From positions 32,001-96,000 of the forward strand of contig CAWJZV010000007.1 in NCBI GenBank assembly GCA_963847445.1: DNA of 64,000 nucleotides, read 5' to 3'. Below are positions 42,453 through 53,654 of this stretch, piece by piece. The position numbers and the translations under genes were made by a program. A model generated the notes under the pieces. The model did no database searches. It worked only from the letters and a program-made list of their open reading frames with translations, and was not told the DNA's origin. Positions within the stretch are counted from its first letter, which is position 1, and each line of letters opens with the position of its first letter. This DNA is from an uncultured delta proteobacterium (GTDB taxonomy: Bacteria; Desulfobacterota; Binatia; UBA9968).

Positions 42453-43653
42453 TCAGTAGTTTTTGATCTGCTCGAGATAGTTTTCGTAGTTGCGCTTAAT
42501 CTCGCGCAGGGAGTCGCCGCCGAATTTTTCCAGAAACGCTTTGGCCACTTCGAAGGCGACCACACTCTCGCCGACCACCGCTGCGGCCGGTGCGGCGCAG
42601 ACATCGGAACGTTCCACCGAGGCATCGGTGGGTTGCTTCGAACGCGTGTCGACGGATTGCAACGGACTCATCAGGGTCGAGATCGGTTTCATCGCCACTC
42701 GGACGACTAGAGGCGAACCATTGGTCATGCCACCTTCAGTGCCGCCTGAGTTGTTGCTACCGCGATAAAAACCGGTGGGGACGATGCGCGGTGTGCTTTC
42801 GGTCACCATTTTCGCCGGATCGAAAAAATATCTCGTCGTGGACTTGCGATCCACGGCGGCGCGCCATTTCGAAACCGAGGCCGATCTCCACACCTTTCAT
42901 TGCCTGAATGCTCATCAGATGCCTGCGCCAGCCGGCCGTCGAGCTTACGGTCCCATTGGGTGTGGCTACCCAGACCCGGCGGTAGACCGAGGGTGACGAC
43001 TTCAAACACGCCGCCCAGAGTATTGCCTTCTTTTTTGCACTCCTCGATGAGCGCGATCATTTTTTCTTCGGCGTTTTTGTCGGCGGTGCGCACTGGCGAC
43101 TCTTCGGCAGCGTTCGAAGGTCTCACCGTAGGTCAGGCCATCCAGATTGGCGGTAATCCCGCCGAGGGAACGAATATAGCCCATGATGCGAATGCCAAAT
43201 GGCGCGAGCAATTGCTTGGCAAAGGAACCAACCGCGGTTCGAGCGACAGTTTCACGGGCACTAGCCCGTTCAAGAATATCGCGAATATCGGTGCGGTCGT
43301 ATTTGAGCACACCGTTCAGGTCGGCGTGGCCTGGCCGTGGCTTGGTGACAGCGATCTTATCGTCGCGGTCCTCTGGCTTGGCGGACATTTTCTTTGTCCA
43401 GTTTTTCCAATCGCGGTTCTCGATGCCCAAGAGCGATCGGCGACCCCATGGTCTCGCCCCAACGGATGCCCGAACGGATCTCCGCCTCGTCTTTTTCGAT
43501 AAGCATGCGGCCGCCCCGGCCATAGCCCTGCTGACGGCGCCAAAGATCGTGATTGATTTGGGAAATCTGGACAGGGAAACCGGCCGGCACCCCATCGATG
43601 ATCATGGTTAGGCAGGGGCCATGCGATTCCCCCGCGGTGAAATAGCGCAACAT
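42453..43653 (-). CDS. aroC: Chorismate synthase (frameshifted)
   Basis: [65 protein letters not shown]. Confidence 0.95.
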
Positions 43654-43744
43654 GGGCGTATCCTACATTATCACGCCACGCAGTGCCATAACGGGCGGAG
43701 CTACGCCCAAGCCGAATCAAGGATAGGACACAATAGGCAACGAG

Positions 43745-44419
43745 CTAATTACCGACTAGAATGAGTTCAAAATCGCGGTCGTTGCTGAAGCCTTTGAAAG
43801 AGGGATCGTTTTTCACTGAAGCCAGGTCTTTGTAGCCCTGCCGGCGCGCGCGCTCGAGCCATTGCAAGGCCGCTTCGCGGTTACCGTAGTGCGCGTGCAG
43901 GCGCGCCACATGAAAGCTTGCTTGCGGATCCTTGGGATTTATTGCAGCGGCGTTTTCCGCCTTTTGAATTTGTGCCTGGCGTTCTTGAATCGCTGCATTG
44001 TTCTTCCTAGCGGTTGCAAGATTATTTTTAGCGCCGGCATTATTGGGATCGATTCTGCTGGCGCTGTCAAACGCCGCAATCGCCTCATCGTAGCGCCCCT
44101 GCTTGTCGTAGAGCACGCCGAGGTTATTGTAGGCGAAATAGCTGTTCGGTTGGATTTCTGTAACGCGTCGATATTCAGCGATCGCCTCGTCCGTCGAACC
44201 CAGCCGGTCGTAGGCGAAGGCCAAATGCAAGCGTACCTCTGCGTCGGCGGAGTTTTTTTGCAGCGATTTTTGCAGCTCGGGAATGGCTTCGCGTAGACTG
44301 CCCTGGCGAAACAGCTTTAATGCCTGCACCCTCGGTGAGATTTCCGGAACTTCGGACTGGGCACTCGCGGGGCCAATTGCAATTAGCAGGACGAGGACAA
44401 CAGCACCAGAGAGTTGCAT
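43745..44419 (-). CDS. Secreted tetratricopeptide repeat protein
   Basis: Signal peptide; TPR units (AYNNLGVLYDKQGRYDEAIAAF). ATG overlaps the pilY1 stop. Confidence 0.85.
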   Translation of the reverse strand: MQLSGAVVLVLLIAIGPASAQSEVPEISPRVQALKLFRQGSLREAIPELQKSLQKNSADAEVRLHLAFAYDRLGSTDEAIAEYRRVTEIQPNSYFAYNNLGVLYDKQGRYDEAIAAFDSASRIDPNNAGAKNNLATARKNNAAIQERQAQIQKAENAAAINPKDPQASFHVARLHAHYGNREAALQWLERARRQGYKDLASVKNDPSFKGFSNDRDFELILVGN

Positions 44420-47324
44420 CAAAACACCTCGCGCCAACCGATTAGCTTGCGTAGCGCGACCAGCGGTATTTGGGTCGTCGAGATCTGCTGGTTCGTCGTA
44501 CCAGATATTACGTAGGGTGTTCCCTGATTGCCCTGCTGACTCATGATAATGATCGGTTTGGACGGAATACCCGATCCGATAGTCTTGGCCAGCGTTAGAG
44601 CCGCGGTTCCGGCAACAGCAACCGCCCCAGTCGTCAAGTTGAGCGCGGCGTCACCGGTGGTCATGTTGATCGAGTACAGCTTAGCATCACCGCCACCGCC
44701 GCCACAGACCGCCGCGGTCGACGGCGTGAAACTGGTAAAAAGCACCACGGAATTAAACACATCCGCCGATGCTAGAATTTTTTCATTGCTATTCAGGGGC
44801 ACATACCAGCCTTGGGTAACCGTCCCAGTCCCGCTGCTGACATTGGTCAAACTGGATTCTGTCAAGGTACTCCCATTGGCCATGGTCGTGTCTTCCTTGA
44901 TCCCATAGAAACGATTCGACGCCGTGCTGTTCGGGTGATAGCGGTCGCCGGAGCCGATGAACAGCCATAGGTTGCGATTACCGTCATAGGCGAGCGTCGG
45001 CGGTGAATACATTCCTTGGGCGGGATAATACTGTCCTGCGGCCGGTGGATTAGCTTGACTCGATGCCGCGGCGAATAATCGTTTGCCCATCCAGCAATCG
45101 GTATCGGTGGTTGACGAACAGTTCTTCACCGTTCCACTGACAAGGGACGCCGCTTTGGACATATCGAACTTCCAAATTTGCCCGCCGACGTCGGCGATAT
45201 AGACTCGATCGATATAACCGTCGCCATCGAGATCCACCGCCGTCGGCGCGGCCGGGAGACTAAAATTCATCTAGGCAGCGTCGGCCGAGTTCGCCACGGT
45301 CGACGAGAATTCCCAAAGCTTGGAGCCGTTCGATAGGTCGATTGCAAAAAAGGCTTCGCTGACGACGTTGCTGCTTCCGTAGTTGGCGAACGTGCTATCG
45401 AAACCGCCGCCGACAAAGGCCACCCATTTGTCGGTGCCATCGTCATTTTGATTTTGCCAATCGCCGGCTCCGACCAGGTCTCGCCCAAGGCGGGCATCGG
45501 TTGAAGGTCCACAGATACAGCGGATTGGTGGTGTCGGTGATGTCGAGAGCATAGTAATTCGTTACCGCCGCGGCGCTGACCGAAGATCACGATGGTTTTC
45601 CAGCTGCCGCCGATCTTGACATCGGCAGCAATCGGACTGGAGTCGACCTGTATTCATGTGCGCCCGAAGCGTGCCGTCATGTCAACAAGATCGTCGAGGA
45701 CATCGGGCGGGATGAAAGCCCCACAGCTCAGCGCCGTCGCTTTCTTTAAAAGCGTGCAGCATGCCGTCGTTGGCCCCAGCGATCAGCACCGACGTCCGAC
45801 TCGCTTGAGCGGCTTTAAAGGTATTGTAGGTTGAGTCGGATGACGCCCGGAAGGGCGGCGAAACCAAGCACGGGGTCGAGTGAAATATGTCGCCGAGCTT
45901 CCAAGGTCGATCTTCCGTTGGTGATGCCATCGCCATCCTCGTCGTTGGTGTCCGGCGTACCACGGAGATAATTGATCACGCTGTTCTTTTCTGTGCTGAC
46001 CTGAGACGCCCAACAAGAGTATCGGTAATAGCCGAGTTGCTAGTTGTGAAACTTTCCCTTGCGCCACTGACTACAGTGTAGATGGTTCGACTTGCCGGCG
46101 TCTTGGTGCTAAGCGCCTGACCGGCGTCCCAGGCCGGGGTCCCGGAAGGCAGTCCGTTAACGTCAACGGGTATCAGACCATTGGAGTCACGGTTATAGGC
46201 TTTCAAGTAACCCTGCCAGAATGGGCGCGACGGGTTGGACTGGAATGACGCGAGATACGCTCGGCTGGTGCCGCTCGTTCCAGTGGTCGGCACCACCGGT
46301 GTCGCGAAGGAAAAAGTCGCCGCCATGAATCTGGCTGATCGCATTCTCAAGCGCTTGTTCCAGCGCCGTTTCGGTGTCGCGGTGTAATAACTGCCGCCGC
46401 CATTCTTGGCCGTGCGTTTTGAGATTCAGCGTTCCGCCAGCGTGCAATGTCCGCGCGACAGACCGAAGCCTACTGTATGAACGATGACATTCTGCTTACC
46501 GGTGAAACGCCATGGAATGGTCCTGGGTGTAGCGATTGGTCGCTTCCGTGTGAACGTCCAGCGAACCGTTTTGCTGGCCGTCGGTCATGAGAATAACAAA
46601 GTTAGGCTGACAATAATATTGGATTGGGCTACTGTAGCCCGTGTAGGTTCCCTTGAAATAATTACCGGCATCCCGCAATTGCTCGCCTAGCGGCGTGCTA
46701 CCATTTGGCGTGAGGCGCATTGACGGCGGTCAATAATCGTCGAGATGCTCGAACCGATCTCAGCGACCATCGTCGCGCCATTTGGGCTATACTTGAATTT
46801 CATCACGCCGAAGCGAACTCCCTCCACGTTGGTAATTAGATTGTTAACGACCCGTTTCGCTACCACGATCTTTTTTCATCCGCCTGGCAAGGCGTACATT
46901 TCGAATAGTTCAGATAGTTGCCGACAAAGAGATCTACACTCGATCCGGAGATTTTTCCACTCCAATAGCCAGCGGAGTTGAGAGCCGTCTGCGCCGACGA
47001 GCTGCTCACAGCGCTGACCGTACTGGCATATTCTTTGTAGCAAGGTGTGCTACTGGGCTTACAAGACTTTTTCTTAGTATACTTTCGATAGACCTTGGCC
47101 GTGGTGTAGGTGTTAGGCGTTGTGTAGGTCGTGGAGGAGTTGTAACCGCTCGCCGGCACTTTGTCATCCATACTGCCGGAGTCATCGAAAAGAATGAGGA
47201 CGTTCGGCGCAATGTTGCTGCCGAAGATATCGCTATCGTCCGCCCTAGCCATGCGAACATGACTGACATTTAGGAAGATAATGCAAACGATCTGGACCAA
47301 CGCTAAAGCTTTTCTGATTTTCAT
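44419..47324 (-). CDS. pilY1: Type IV pilus tip adhesin PilY1/PilC-like (vWA + beta-propeller), many frameshifts
   Basis: PNVLILFDDSGSM, STPL, ILMTDG (vWA); WKLGDIFHSTP, GANDGMLHAF, DLDGDGYIDRVYIADVGGQIWKFD (Ca-binding), ending WREVF. Confidence 0.88.
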
Positions 47325-47335
47325 AAATGAAACTC

Positions 47336-47821
47336 CTACTGGGCGACTGGACCGTACAGTGCGAGGGCTTCGACCTCGCGCGCAGCCGATTCATTGCCTA
47401 CCGATGGACACCCCGATGCGAGACTATAAGTGCCGGTAACATTCACTTGGTACTGATAGAACGAATAACCGGAAACATTGTAGCCGGTGCCGGACCCGAG
47501 CGAGTAACCCACTTCGTTCTTCATAGTCGGAGTCATGGACGGAAGTGTGCCATCCCGTTTGCCGAACCGGTAACAAAGATTACTCCCCAAAGTCACCGGC
47601 GTTGATGACGGCGTCGCGCCGGGAGTGACCGACAGGGCGATCGCCAACATGCCCGTGTCGGCAGCGTTGAACGCTCGAGAACCGGTTCGATAATTCATCG
47701 CCACTTTGGTGTTGATCCCGCTAAAAATGAGGCCAGCGCTGATTACCGTGAGCAGGATCGCCATCACCATCAACACGACGACGAGGCTGATTCCTTGATT
47801 ATTGTTGAGCCTGGCTTTCAT
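47336..47821 (-). CDS. pilX: PilX-like minor pilin
   Basis: NNNQG/ISLVVVLMVM class III signal lacking Glu5; AFNAADTG. Confidence 0.8.
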   Translation of the reverse strand: MKARLNNNQGISLVVVLMVMAILLTVISAGLIFSGINTKVAMNYRTGSRAFNAADTGMLAIALSVTPGATPSSTPVTLGSNLCYRFGKRDGTLPSMTPTMKNEVGYSLGSGTGYNVSGYSFYQYQVNVTGTYSLASGCPSVGNESAAREVEALALYGPVAQ

Positions 47822-47859
47822 GCTTTGCCCTCGATAGGTTTTCGCCCGTCCCGTGACGG

Positions 47860-48501
47860 TCAGACTCCATGGTTCCGCAAATCCGCGGTCAACGTCATGG
47901 TCACCGGGGAGCCGGTAAAGTTGCTGTCGGTACTCTTCGGCGCGACCGTCAGCGCGATGGTGATCTTCTGCACGGTCTTGTAATTTGACGACAAAGTCCC
48001 ACTACAACCGGACGGTACGTTGGCTGAGACACAGTAGGGCGCTGGCGCGCTGCTCGTTGTCTGCTGCGGATAATAGGTGAACTCTACCGCCGTGACGTTT
48101 CCATCCGAAAGTGCTACGCCGTTGCGCGTGACGTTCATATTGGCGCTATCGTAGGCAAAGGCGACGATCTCGTCATCACCGCTGCACGCGCCGTTGCTGT
48201 TTTTGTCGTATTGAATGGTTATACCCGTGGCCGTTGCCGCCGTGATCCCACCCGTTGCATCGCACGCGGTGGTTGGAAAATATCCGGCGTTCCGGACTTC
48301 TCGCACCACCATGTCGGCCACCGTAAGCGCGTATTCGTTCGCTTCCATTTTGCTTTCTTGGCCTTTGACCGTATGGGTTTGGGCGCGAAACAAGCTGCCG
48401 ACACCGGCCAACACGAACAGGGATAACCCCATGGAGACCAGAAGTTCCGTCAGGGTAAATCCCCGCTGGTTTTTGAGCGCTAGCGATGGCCATTTTGTCA
48501 T
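47860..48501 (-). CDS. pilW: PilW-like minor pilin
   Basis: QRG/FTLTELLVSM; REVRNAGY; C-terminal LRN. Confidence 0.82.
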   Translation of the reverse strand: MTKWPSLALKNQRGFTLTELLVSMGLSLFVLAGVGSLFRAQTHTVKGQESKMEANEYALTVADMVVREVRNAGYFPTTACDATGGITAATATGITIQYDKNSNGACSGDDEIVAFAYDSANMNVTRNGVALSDGNVTAVEFTYYPQQTTSSAPAPYCVSANVPSGCSGTLSSNYKTVQKITIALTVAPKSTDSNFTGSPVTMTLTADLRNHGV

Positions 48502-48531
48502 TCGGCTGAGGGTAGAAATTCATTGGGCTTT

Positions 48532-48936
48532 TCACTGTGCGACCGACGAGGAGAATGTCATACTCTGAGCCGTGTAGTCCGTCCAATTGATTTTGACATC
48601 GATCTTATTCATACCGGCAGCTGGAGAGTTCGCTGTGATCATCCAACTTCGAGTATACGTGAAGCCTGACGCGGCCTGGGTATCAGAACACCCAGACGTC
48701 GAATAGTTTGGGCATGACAAGGCGGTAAAAGCTGTGTTTTTCATCGCTCTGAGTTCTTCCAACTTCGCCTGCGCGAGATTGATCGCAGCGGCGTTCAAAT
48801 GACTGTTGTTATTGGTGCGCGTGATCGTCACCGTACCGACGGCTAGACCGAGCACCGCAAAGGTGAAGATGGTCAAGGCGACCAATATTTCCACCAGGGT
48901 GAATCCCGCTGAACTCTTGAGTTGTTTGATCTGCAT
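48532..48936 (-). CDS. pilV: PilV-like minor pilin
   Basis: AG/FTLVEILVAL; AINLAQAKLEELR. Confidence 0.82.
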   Translation of the reverse strand: MQIKQLKSSAGFTLVEILVALTIFTFAVLGLAVGTVTITRTNNNSHLNAAAINLAQAKLEELRAMKNTAFTALSCPNYSTSGCSDTQAASGFTYTRSWMITANSPAAGMNKIDVKINWTDYTAQSMTFSSSVAQ

Positions 48937-48953
48937 TGGATGGTACGAGTACC

Positions 48954-49421
48954 TTAGGTGCAAACGCTATCCTGAATCTTAATCCTACCGATCACCGTCA
49001 CGCAGACCCACTTGCTCGTTGTGCCATTGCTCAGGCGAATCGTCGTCGCTGCCGGCACCGTGCCGCGAGTTTGAAACTGCGGGGAAGTCCCAGGAGGCGT
49101 TATGGTTATACCTTCCGGGATGGCCATGTTGCCGCCGTCGTCAGCGCAGGTACCGTTACAGCGCTGAACGATGTAGGTCGACGTCGAGAAATTGATCTGA
49201 TGGGGTATGCTTTGGGCGATCGCTTTCATCCGCACCTGCTGCAATTCCGTGGCAACCTGGCGTGCTGCGTCATTAAGCCGAAGCCTCGGTAGGGTACTTC
49301 TAAAAGCCGGGATCGCGATGACCATCAACAGCCCGCCTACGCCCAGAGTCGCCATCAATTCGATCAGCGTGAAGCCACGACCATTCGTCGCGCCTTGAAA
49401 GATTCGCAGCCTCTTTTTCAT
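48954..49421 (-). CDS. fimT: FimT/FimU (GspH-like) minor pilin
   Basis: RG/FTLIELMATL; RLNDAARQVATELQQVRMKAI; F..RG; GRIKI. Confidence 0.82.
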   Translation of the reverse strand: MKKRLRIFQGATNGRGFTLIELMATLGVGGLLMVIAIPAFRSTLPRLRLNDAARQVATELQQVRMKAIAQSIPHQINFSTSTYIVQRCNGTCADDGGNMAIPEGITITPPGTSPQFQTRGTVPAATTIRLSNGTTSKWVCVTVIGRIKIQDSVCT

Positions 49422-49479
49422 ACCCAAATTTCGCTTCGAGTGTCGTCGGTCGATCATTGGTTTCTCGATCCACCGAATG

Positions 49480-49496
49480 AGCTATTAGCATGCCAA
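49480..49496 (-). promoter_or_regulatory. Sigma54 (-24/-12) promoter for the minor pilin operon
   Basis: Minus strand TTGGCATGCTAATAGCT = GG-N10-GC, about 60 nt before the fimT start. Confidence 0.7.
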
Positions 49497-49591
49497 GCAA
49501 GCGCGATCGTACTTTCAAGATGATCCCGGGAAATTGACGTAGTCTGGGAAGGTCAGAGTGATTCCGACGCTAGCGTCGGACCACTGAGGCG

Positions 49592-49608
49592 CTGACAATT
49601 TTTGTCAG
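49592..49608. promoter_or_regulatory. Palindromic upstream activator site candidate
   Basis: CTGACAATTTTTGTCAG about 100 nt upstream of the sigma54 box; a second palindrome TCCGACGCTAGCGTCGGA lies at 49563..49580. Confidence 0.55.
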
Positions 49609-49825
49609 AATGCCGAAAACCGACGAATGTGAGGCTTAGAAAACTATCGCAATTGTCGTTAGTTTCGGAAAACGGCGGACTTTAGAAAAGATGAGGTTCG
49701 TCAAACCCCGAGGGGTGTTAAAAATTGTGACTGGCACAGTTGTCAGCTACTGGGGAAGTGCGAGGGCCCGCTAAACCGGCAAGTGAAAATGCCAATCCTC
49801 CGGGCCAAACTAGGGATTCATCGGG

Positions 49826-51853
49826 CTACGGCGCGATGCGCGGCGGAAATGACTGGTCTCCATAGGTTTTCCCCATTTGCTCGCGCCAGATCTGTTCCGC
49901 GGACGGGAGATTTGACGCGCCGGCGTCGATAATTCTTGGGGTGATAAAAACCATCAGCTCTTCAAAGTTTTTTTGTATCGCTTCACTCTTAAAGAGCCAC
50001 CCCAAGACTGGAATATTTCTTAGATAGGGCACGCCCCCGGTTGATTCCGAGCTCGTGTCCTTCAAAATACCACCCAAGACAATCGTTTCACCGTCCTTGA
50101 CCAAAACATTGGCTACTACTTCGCGATTAATCTCATCGAACGGGATCACGCTCGTAGAGCCAGTAACTGTCGGCGAATCCGCGATCGTACTGGATTTGAC
50201 ATTGATATTCATCGAGATATAGCCGTCGCTCGAAACTTGAGGTGTTACGGTAAGGATAATACCAACTGGGACTTTTTCCGTTGCCACCGCGGCACCAGCC
50301 GCCGAAGAACCGCTACCCGTTGCGATGTTTGTCGAACTGGGCAAGCTAATTCTCAAGATCTTCTCGCTGCGAATTGTCGAAGCGATATTGTTAAGCGTGA
50401 CTACCGACGGGCGCGAGATGATTCGCGCGTTGCCTTCCTTTTCAGCCGCTTCAAGCGTCGCTGATAGATTTCTAAAACCGCCCAACACACTTTGAATAAC
50501 CGAGACGGTACCGCCAAATCCACCGGGGGCTAGAGGGAAAGCCGAGCTGTTTCCGGCGAACGGCGATCCGGCTCCTTGAGCACTGCTGAAGTTAGCCCCC
50601 CCGCTGTTAAATTGGAGTCGCAGCCCGAGCGCCCGGGCGAAGGTCGGTGTCGTTTCAATTAAATTGGATTCAATCAAGATCTGCGGGGTTCGGGTGTCCA
50701 GTTTGCTGACCAGCGTACTCGCGTCCTCGATGGTTTTTTTTACGTCGCGAATCATGATCGTATTACTGCGTTCATCGATCACCAGCGAGACATCCGGCCG
50801 CTTGCTCAAGACCGTTTTTATTTTCGCCTCGAGATCCTTGGCCTTAGCATAGTTGACATTGAAATAAACGGTCAGGAGCGGTTCGAGGTTCTCCTCCGAC
50901 TTGCGTGCTGCCGCCACAGCATCGCGCTCGGTTTTGAGGGTGCCCGCGGTCGAGATGCGCACGACATTGCCGATTTGCTCCTTGCCAAGACCATTGGTAT
51001 TGATCAGAAGTTCGAGCGCTTGATCCCAGGGAACCTCCACCAAGCGCAGGGTTACCTTGCGATTGACGTCGGCCGTCACGATGATATTGAGACCGCTGAT
51101 TTCGGCGAGAAGTCGGAAGATGTTTTTGATATCGGCGTCCTTGAAATCGAAGGACAGTTTTTGCCCGGTGTACCTTTTCTCGTCAGGAATATTAACCCCG
51201 CTTGTTGAGGCGGAAGCCAGGCTGTCGCCCAACGCCACCCGCGCTTGGCCGACCACGTTATCCATCCGCTTGCTGCCGAGCACTAGCGTACGCTCCTGTG
51301 TGCCGGGAATTTTTGGATCGTCGCTGCCGATGACGATGCGCAGGCCGTTGTTTTCCGGCGTCACGGTATAGACCGGCGGCGTGCTCGGAATCAGGTCCGC
51401 GGTGAGTCTCAAGGAGCCTTGTGCTGAACTGAATCGCACAGTGCCGACCAATTGTGTGCCGACACGAAAGGTTTCAAGATCCGCTGGTGTTCTGGCGTCG
51501 CCGATAATATCCAGAACAATTCTTGCCGGCTGGATCAATGGAAAATGACGATACTGCGAGATCGGCTTGGAAAGTTTTAGTAGCAAAATCGTCTGCCCAG
51601 ACTGCTCACGAACCGAAAAATCTTGAATCTGTAGTTGTTCCTCGTCGGCGCGAGCGGACGGCTGTGGCGGTGTTGGTGTTTTAGCCGTGGGGCTTGGTTG
51701 CGGTTCCACCGAGGTGACGTTCGAGCAAGCGCTGCCATAAATGACTACCAGGACAGCTAGTAGCAACAAAGGTAGATAACGTAACGGCCGCGTGTAATGG
51801 CTTCTGAGCGAGCCTGCGGATTTTTGCCGATGATATGAGTCGATTCTATTCAT
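49826..51853 (-). CDS. pilQ: Type IV pilus secretin
   Basis: AMIN-like N-terminus; YTGQKLSFDFKDADIKNIFRLLAEISGLNI, VPWDQAL, DERSNTI, PQILIES, VKDGETIVLGG, GVPYLRNIPVLGWLF, ELMVFITPRI. Confidence 0.95.
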   Translation of the reverse strand: MNRIDSYHRQKSAGSLRSHYTRPLRYLPLLLLAVLVVIYGSACSNVTSVEPQPSPTAKTPTPPQPSARADEEQLQIQDFSVREQSGQTILLLKLSKPISQYRHFPLIQPARIVLDIIGDARTPADLETFRVGTQLVGTVRFSSAQGSLRLTADLIPSTPPVYTVTPENNGLRIVIGSDDPKIPGTQERTLVLGSKRMDNVVGQARVALGDSLASASTSGVNIPDEKRYTGQKLSFDFKDADIKNIFRLLAEISGLNIIVTADVNRKVTLRLVEVPWDQALELLINTNGLGKEQIGNVVRISTAGTLKTERDAVAAARKSEENLEPLLTVYFNVNYAKAKDLEAKIKTVLSKRPDVSLVIDERSNTIMIRDVKKTIEDASTLVSKLDTRTPQILIESNLIETTPTFARALGLRLQFNSGGANFSSAQGAGSPFAGNSSAFPLAPGGFGGTVSVIQSVLGGFRNLSATLEAAEKEGNARIISRPSVVTLNNIASTIRSEKILRISLPSSTNIATGSGSSAAGAAVATEKVPVGIILTVTPQVSSDGYISMNINVKSSTIADSPTVTGSTSVIPFDEINREVVANVLVKDGETIVLGGILKDTSSESTGGVPYLRNIPVLGWLFKSEAIQKNFEELMVFITPRIIDAGASNLPSAEQIWREQMGKTYGDQSFPPRIAP

Positions 51854-51854
51854 C

Positions 51855-52431
51855 CTACTGCTCCACCGCCAGCCTCATGCTGACTTCGCGTCTCTTTTTC
51901 GCGCCGTATAAATCGACGAAAAACTCCTCGACGATTAGACTATCGCGCCTAACCTCTCTTACCTTGCCATCGTTTGAACCGATCGGCGTACCGACTTTGA
52001 CCATGTAACCGAGCCCCGAGCTATCTTCGACCAAGGCCGTCGGTTCTTTAACGTTCCAAACGACGCCGACGAGTTTAAGCTGGCCGATTTCGAAGCGCTC
52101 GAGAGGGGATAGGTTTTCCCGACGACGTGTGTTCGTGCGCACATTCAACGTAATTGGACGAAACGGATCGCGCCTCCCCGGCGCCAATCGTAGCGCCTCC
52201 GGTGCTTCGGCTTTGGTCTCTGAGGCCCCGGAGACGCCTTCGGTTGAAGGCGCAACCGCGGTCGATTTCTCCGCCTTCTCTGCTTTACTTACGGGTTGGG
52301 CCGCCGCAACCGTCTTTGCGGTCTCTACAGCTTTTGCGGCCATTGGCGGAGCACTTGATTGTGCTAGCACTGGGACTACCGGCCAAGAGAATGAGTGAGG
52401 CGGTAAGTGTATTTTTGATCGTTCGCAACAC
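51855..52431 (-). CDS. pilP: Type IV pilus assembly protein PilP (5' frameshift)
   Basis: GRRDPFRP, SPLERFEIGQLKLVGVVW, ALVEDSSGLGYMVKVGTPIG. Confidence 0.9.
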
Positions 52432-52437
52432 GGCAAT

Positions 52438-53052
52438 CTATTTCTTGGTTTTGACTTTATCGGCGGCGAACTTCTTACGCTCGGCGTCATCGAGAAAGCG
52501 ATAGGTGGTCGCCAGGTTGGAGATATCCATCGTCATCTGATCGTTGACAACCTTGGGATTGCGAAATTCGATATTATCGATATTGACGATGCGATTTAGT
52601 TTGCCGACTTCGTCAAAAAACCCCACTGCATTATGGAAGCCGCCGCGCACCACGATGTCCACCGGGACTTCCGCGTAGAACTCCTGGAACGCTTCATTGC
52701 GCGGACGGAACAGGACGATTTCCAAGCCTGCCTCCCGCGCTTTGTTAGAAAGATTGGTCAACAGGTCGGGAATTTCCTTGCGATCAGGCAGTTGAGCGAC
52801 CGCTTCCTTGAGCTTCGTTTCCATGTCCCGAAGCTCTTTCTCAAGCCGCGCCAGGTTACCGGCTTTTTTTTCTTTGACCAACTTTTCATTGCGGGCGATT
52901 TGGACACTTTCGGCTAAGTTAGCGATAGCGTCAGAATTCGGACTGTAAACGAAACTGATATACAACCCATACGCCAAACAGATAATCCCCGCCACGATGC
53001 CAATTTTTCTGGCGACCGACTGTTCGAGGAATTTGTCGAGTAGCTGGTTCAA
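52438..53052 (-). CDS. pilO: Type IV pilus assembly protein PilO
   Basis: QLPDRKEIPDLL, FYAEVPVDI..GGFH, RIVNI. Confidence 0.93.
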   Translation of the reverse strand: MNQLLDKFLEQSVARKIGIVAGIICLAYGLYISFVYSPNSDAIANLAESVQIARNEKLVKEKKAGNLARLEKELRDMETKLKEAVAQLPDRKEIPDLLTNLSNKAREAGLEIVLFRPRNEAFQEFYAEVPVDIVVRGGFHNAVGFFDEVGKLNRIVNIDNIEFRNPKVVNDQMTMDISNLATTYRFLDDAERKKFAADKVKTKK

Positions 53053-53654
53053 CCGCGTTGCTCCTGTTTGGTCGACGGATTAACGCCAGGCGCAGCCGCC
53101 GCGGCCGCAGGTGGCAAATACGACACCGAAGCTCTGATCGCGAAACGCTTGTAAGGACCGGCGTCTTGGCTACTTTGAGCCGTCTCCACTAATTCGACAT
53201 CTCGGAAATAGGGATATTTTGCCAACGCCTTGAGAAAGTCCGCCACGGTTTGGTTATCCGCCGCGATACCGTTCATGGTGAGCCGACCGCCGATTTCTTT
53301 AAACTCGGTAAGCCAAAGTCGCGTCGGTGTCGCGTCGGACAAGCTTTGCATGACACCTACCGGACCGGCTTTTTTTCGGTTGAGATCGGTGATGACCTTG
53401 TGTTTGGCGGTGAACTCTTTGATTCGATTTTGTAAGTCGCCGACCTGCTTCACCTTGGTATTGAGTGCCTGGATTTCGTTACGCAGGGTCGCCAGCTCGG
53501 AATTGAGTGACGTGAGTTGATAATACTGATGGGCGAACAGAACCGCGATAATCAGTCCGGCGATCCCGAGCACGATACCGCCAATGGTCATCTCGCGCCG
53601 CCGGCGTATGGCTGCCAACAATTCTTTTACTGGAAGTAAATTGACGCGGATCAT
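53049..53654 (-). CDS. pilN: Type IV pilus assembly protein PilN
   Basis: MIRVNLLP N-terminal motif, one TM, coiled coil, LWLTEF. Confidence 0.93.
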   Translation of the reverse strand: MIRVNLLPVKELLAAIRRRREMTIGGIVLGIAGLIIAVLFAHQYYQLTSLNSELATLRNEIQALNTKVKQVGDLQNRIKEFTAKHKVITDLNRKKAGPVGVMQSLSDATPTRLWLTEFKEIGGRLTMNGIAADNQTVADFLKALAKYPYFRDVELVETAQSSQDAGPYKRFAIRASVSYLPPAAAAAAPGVNPSTKQEQRG

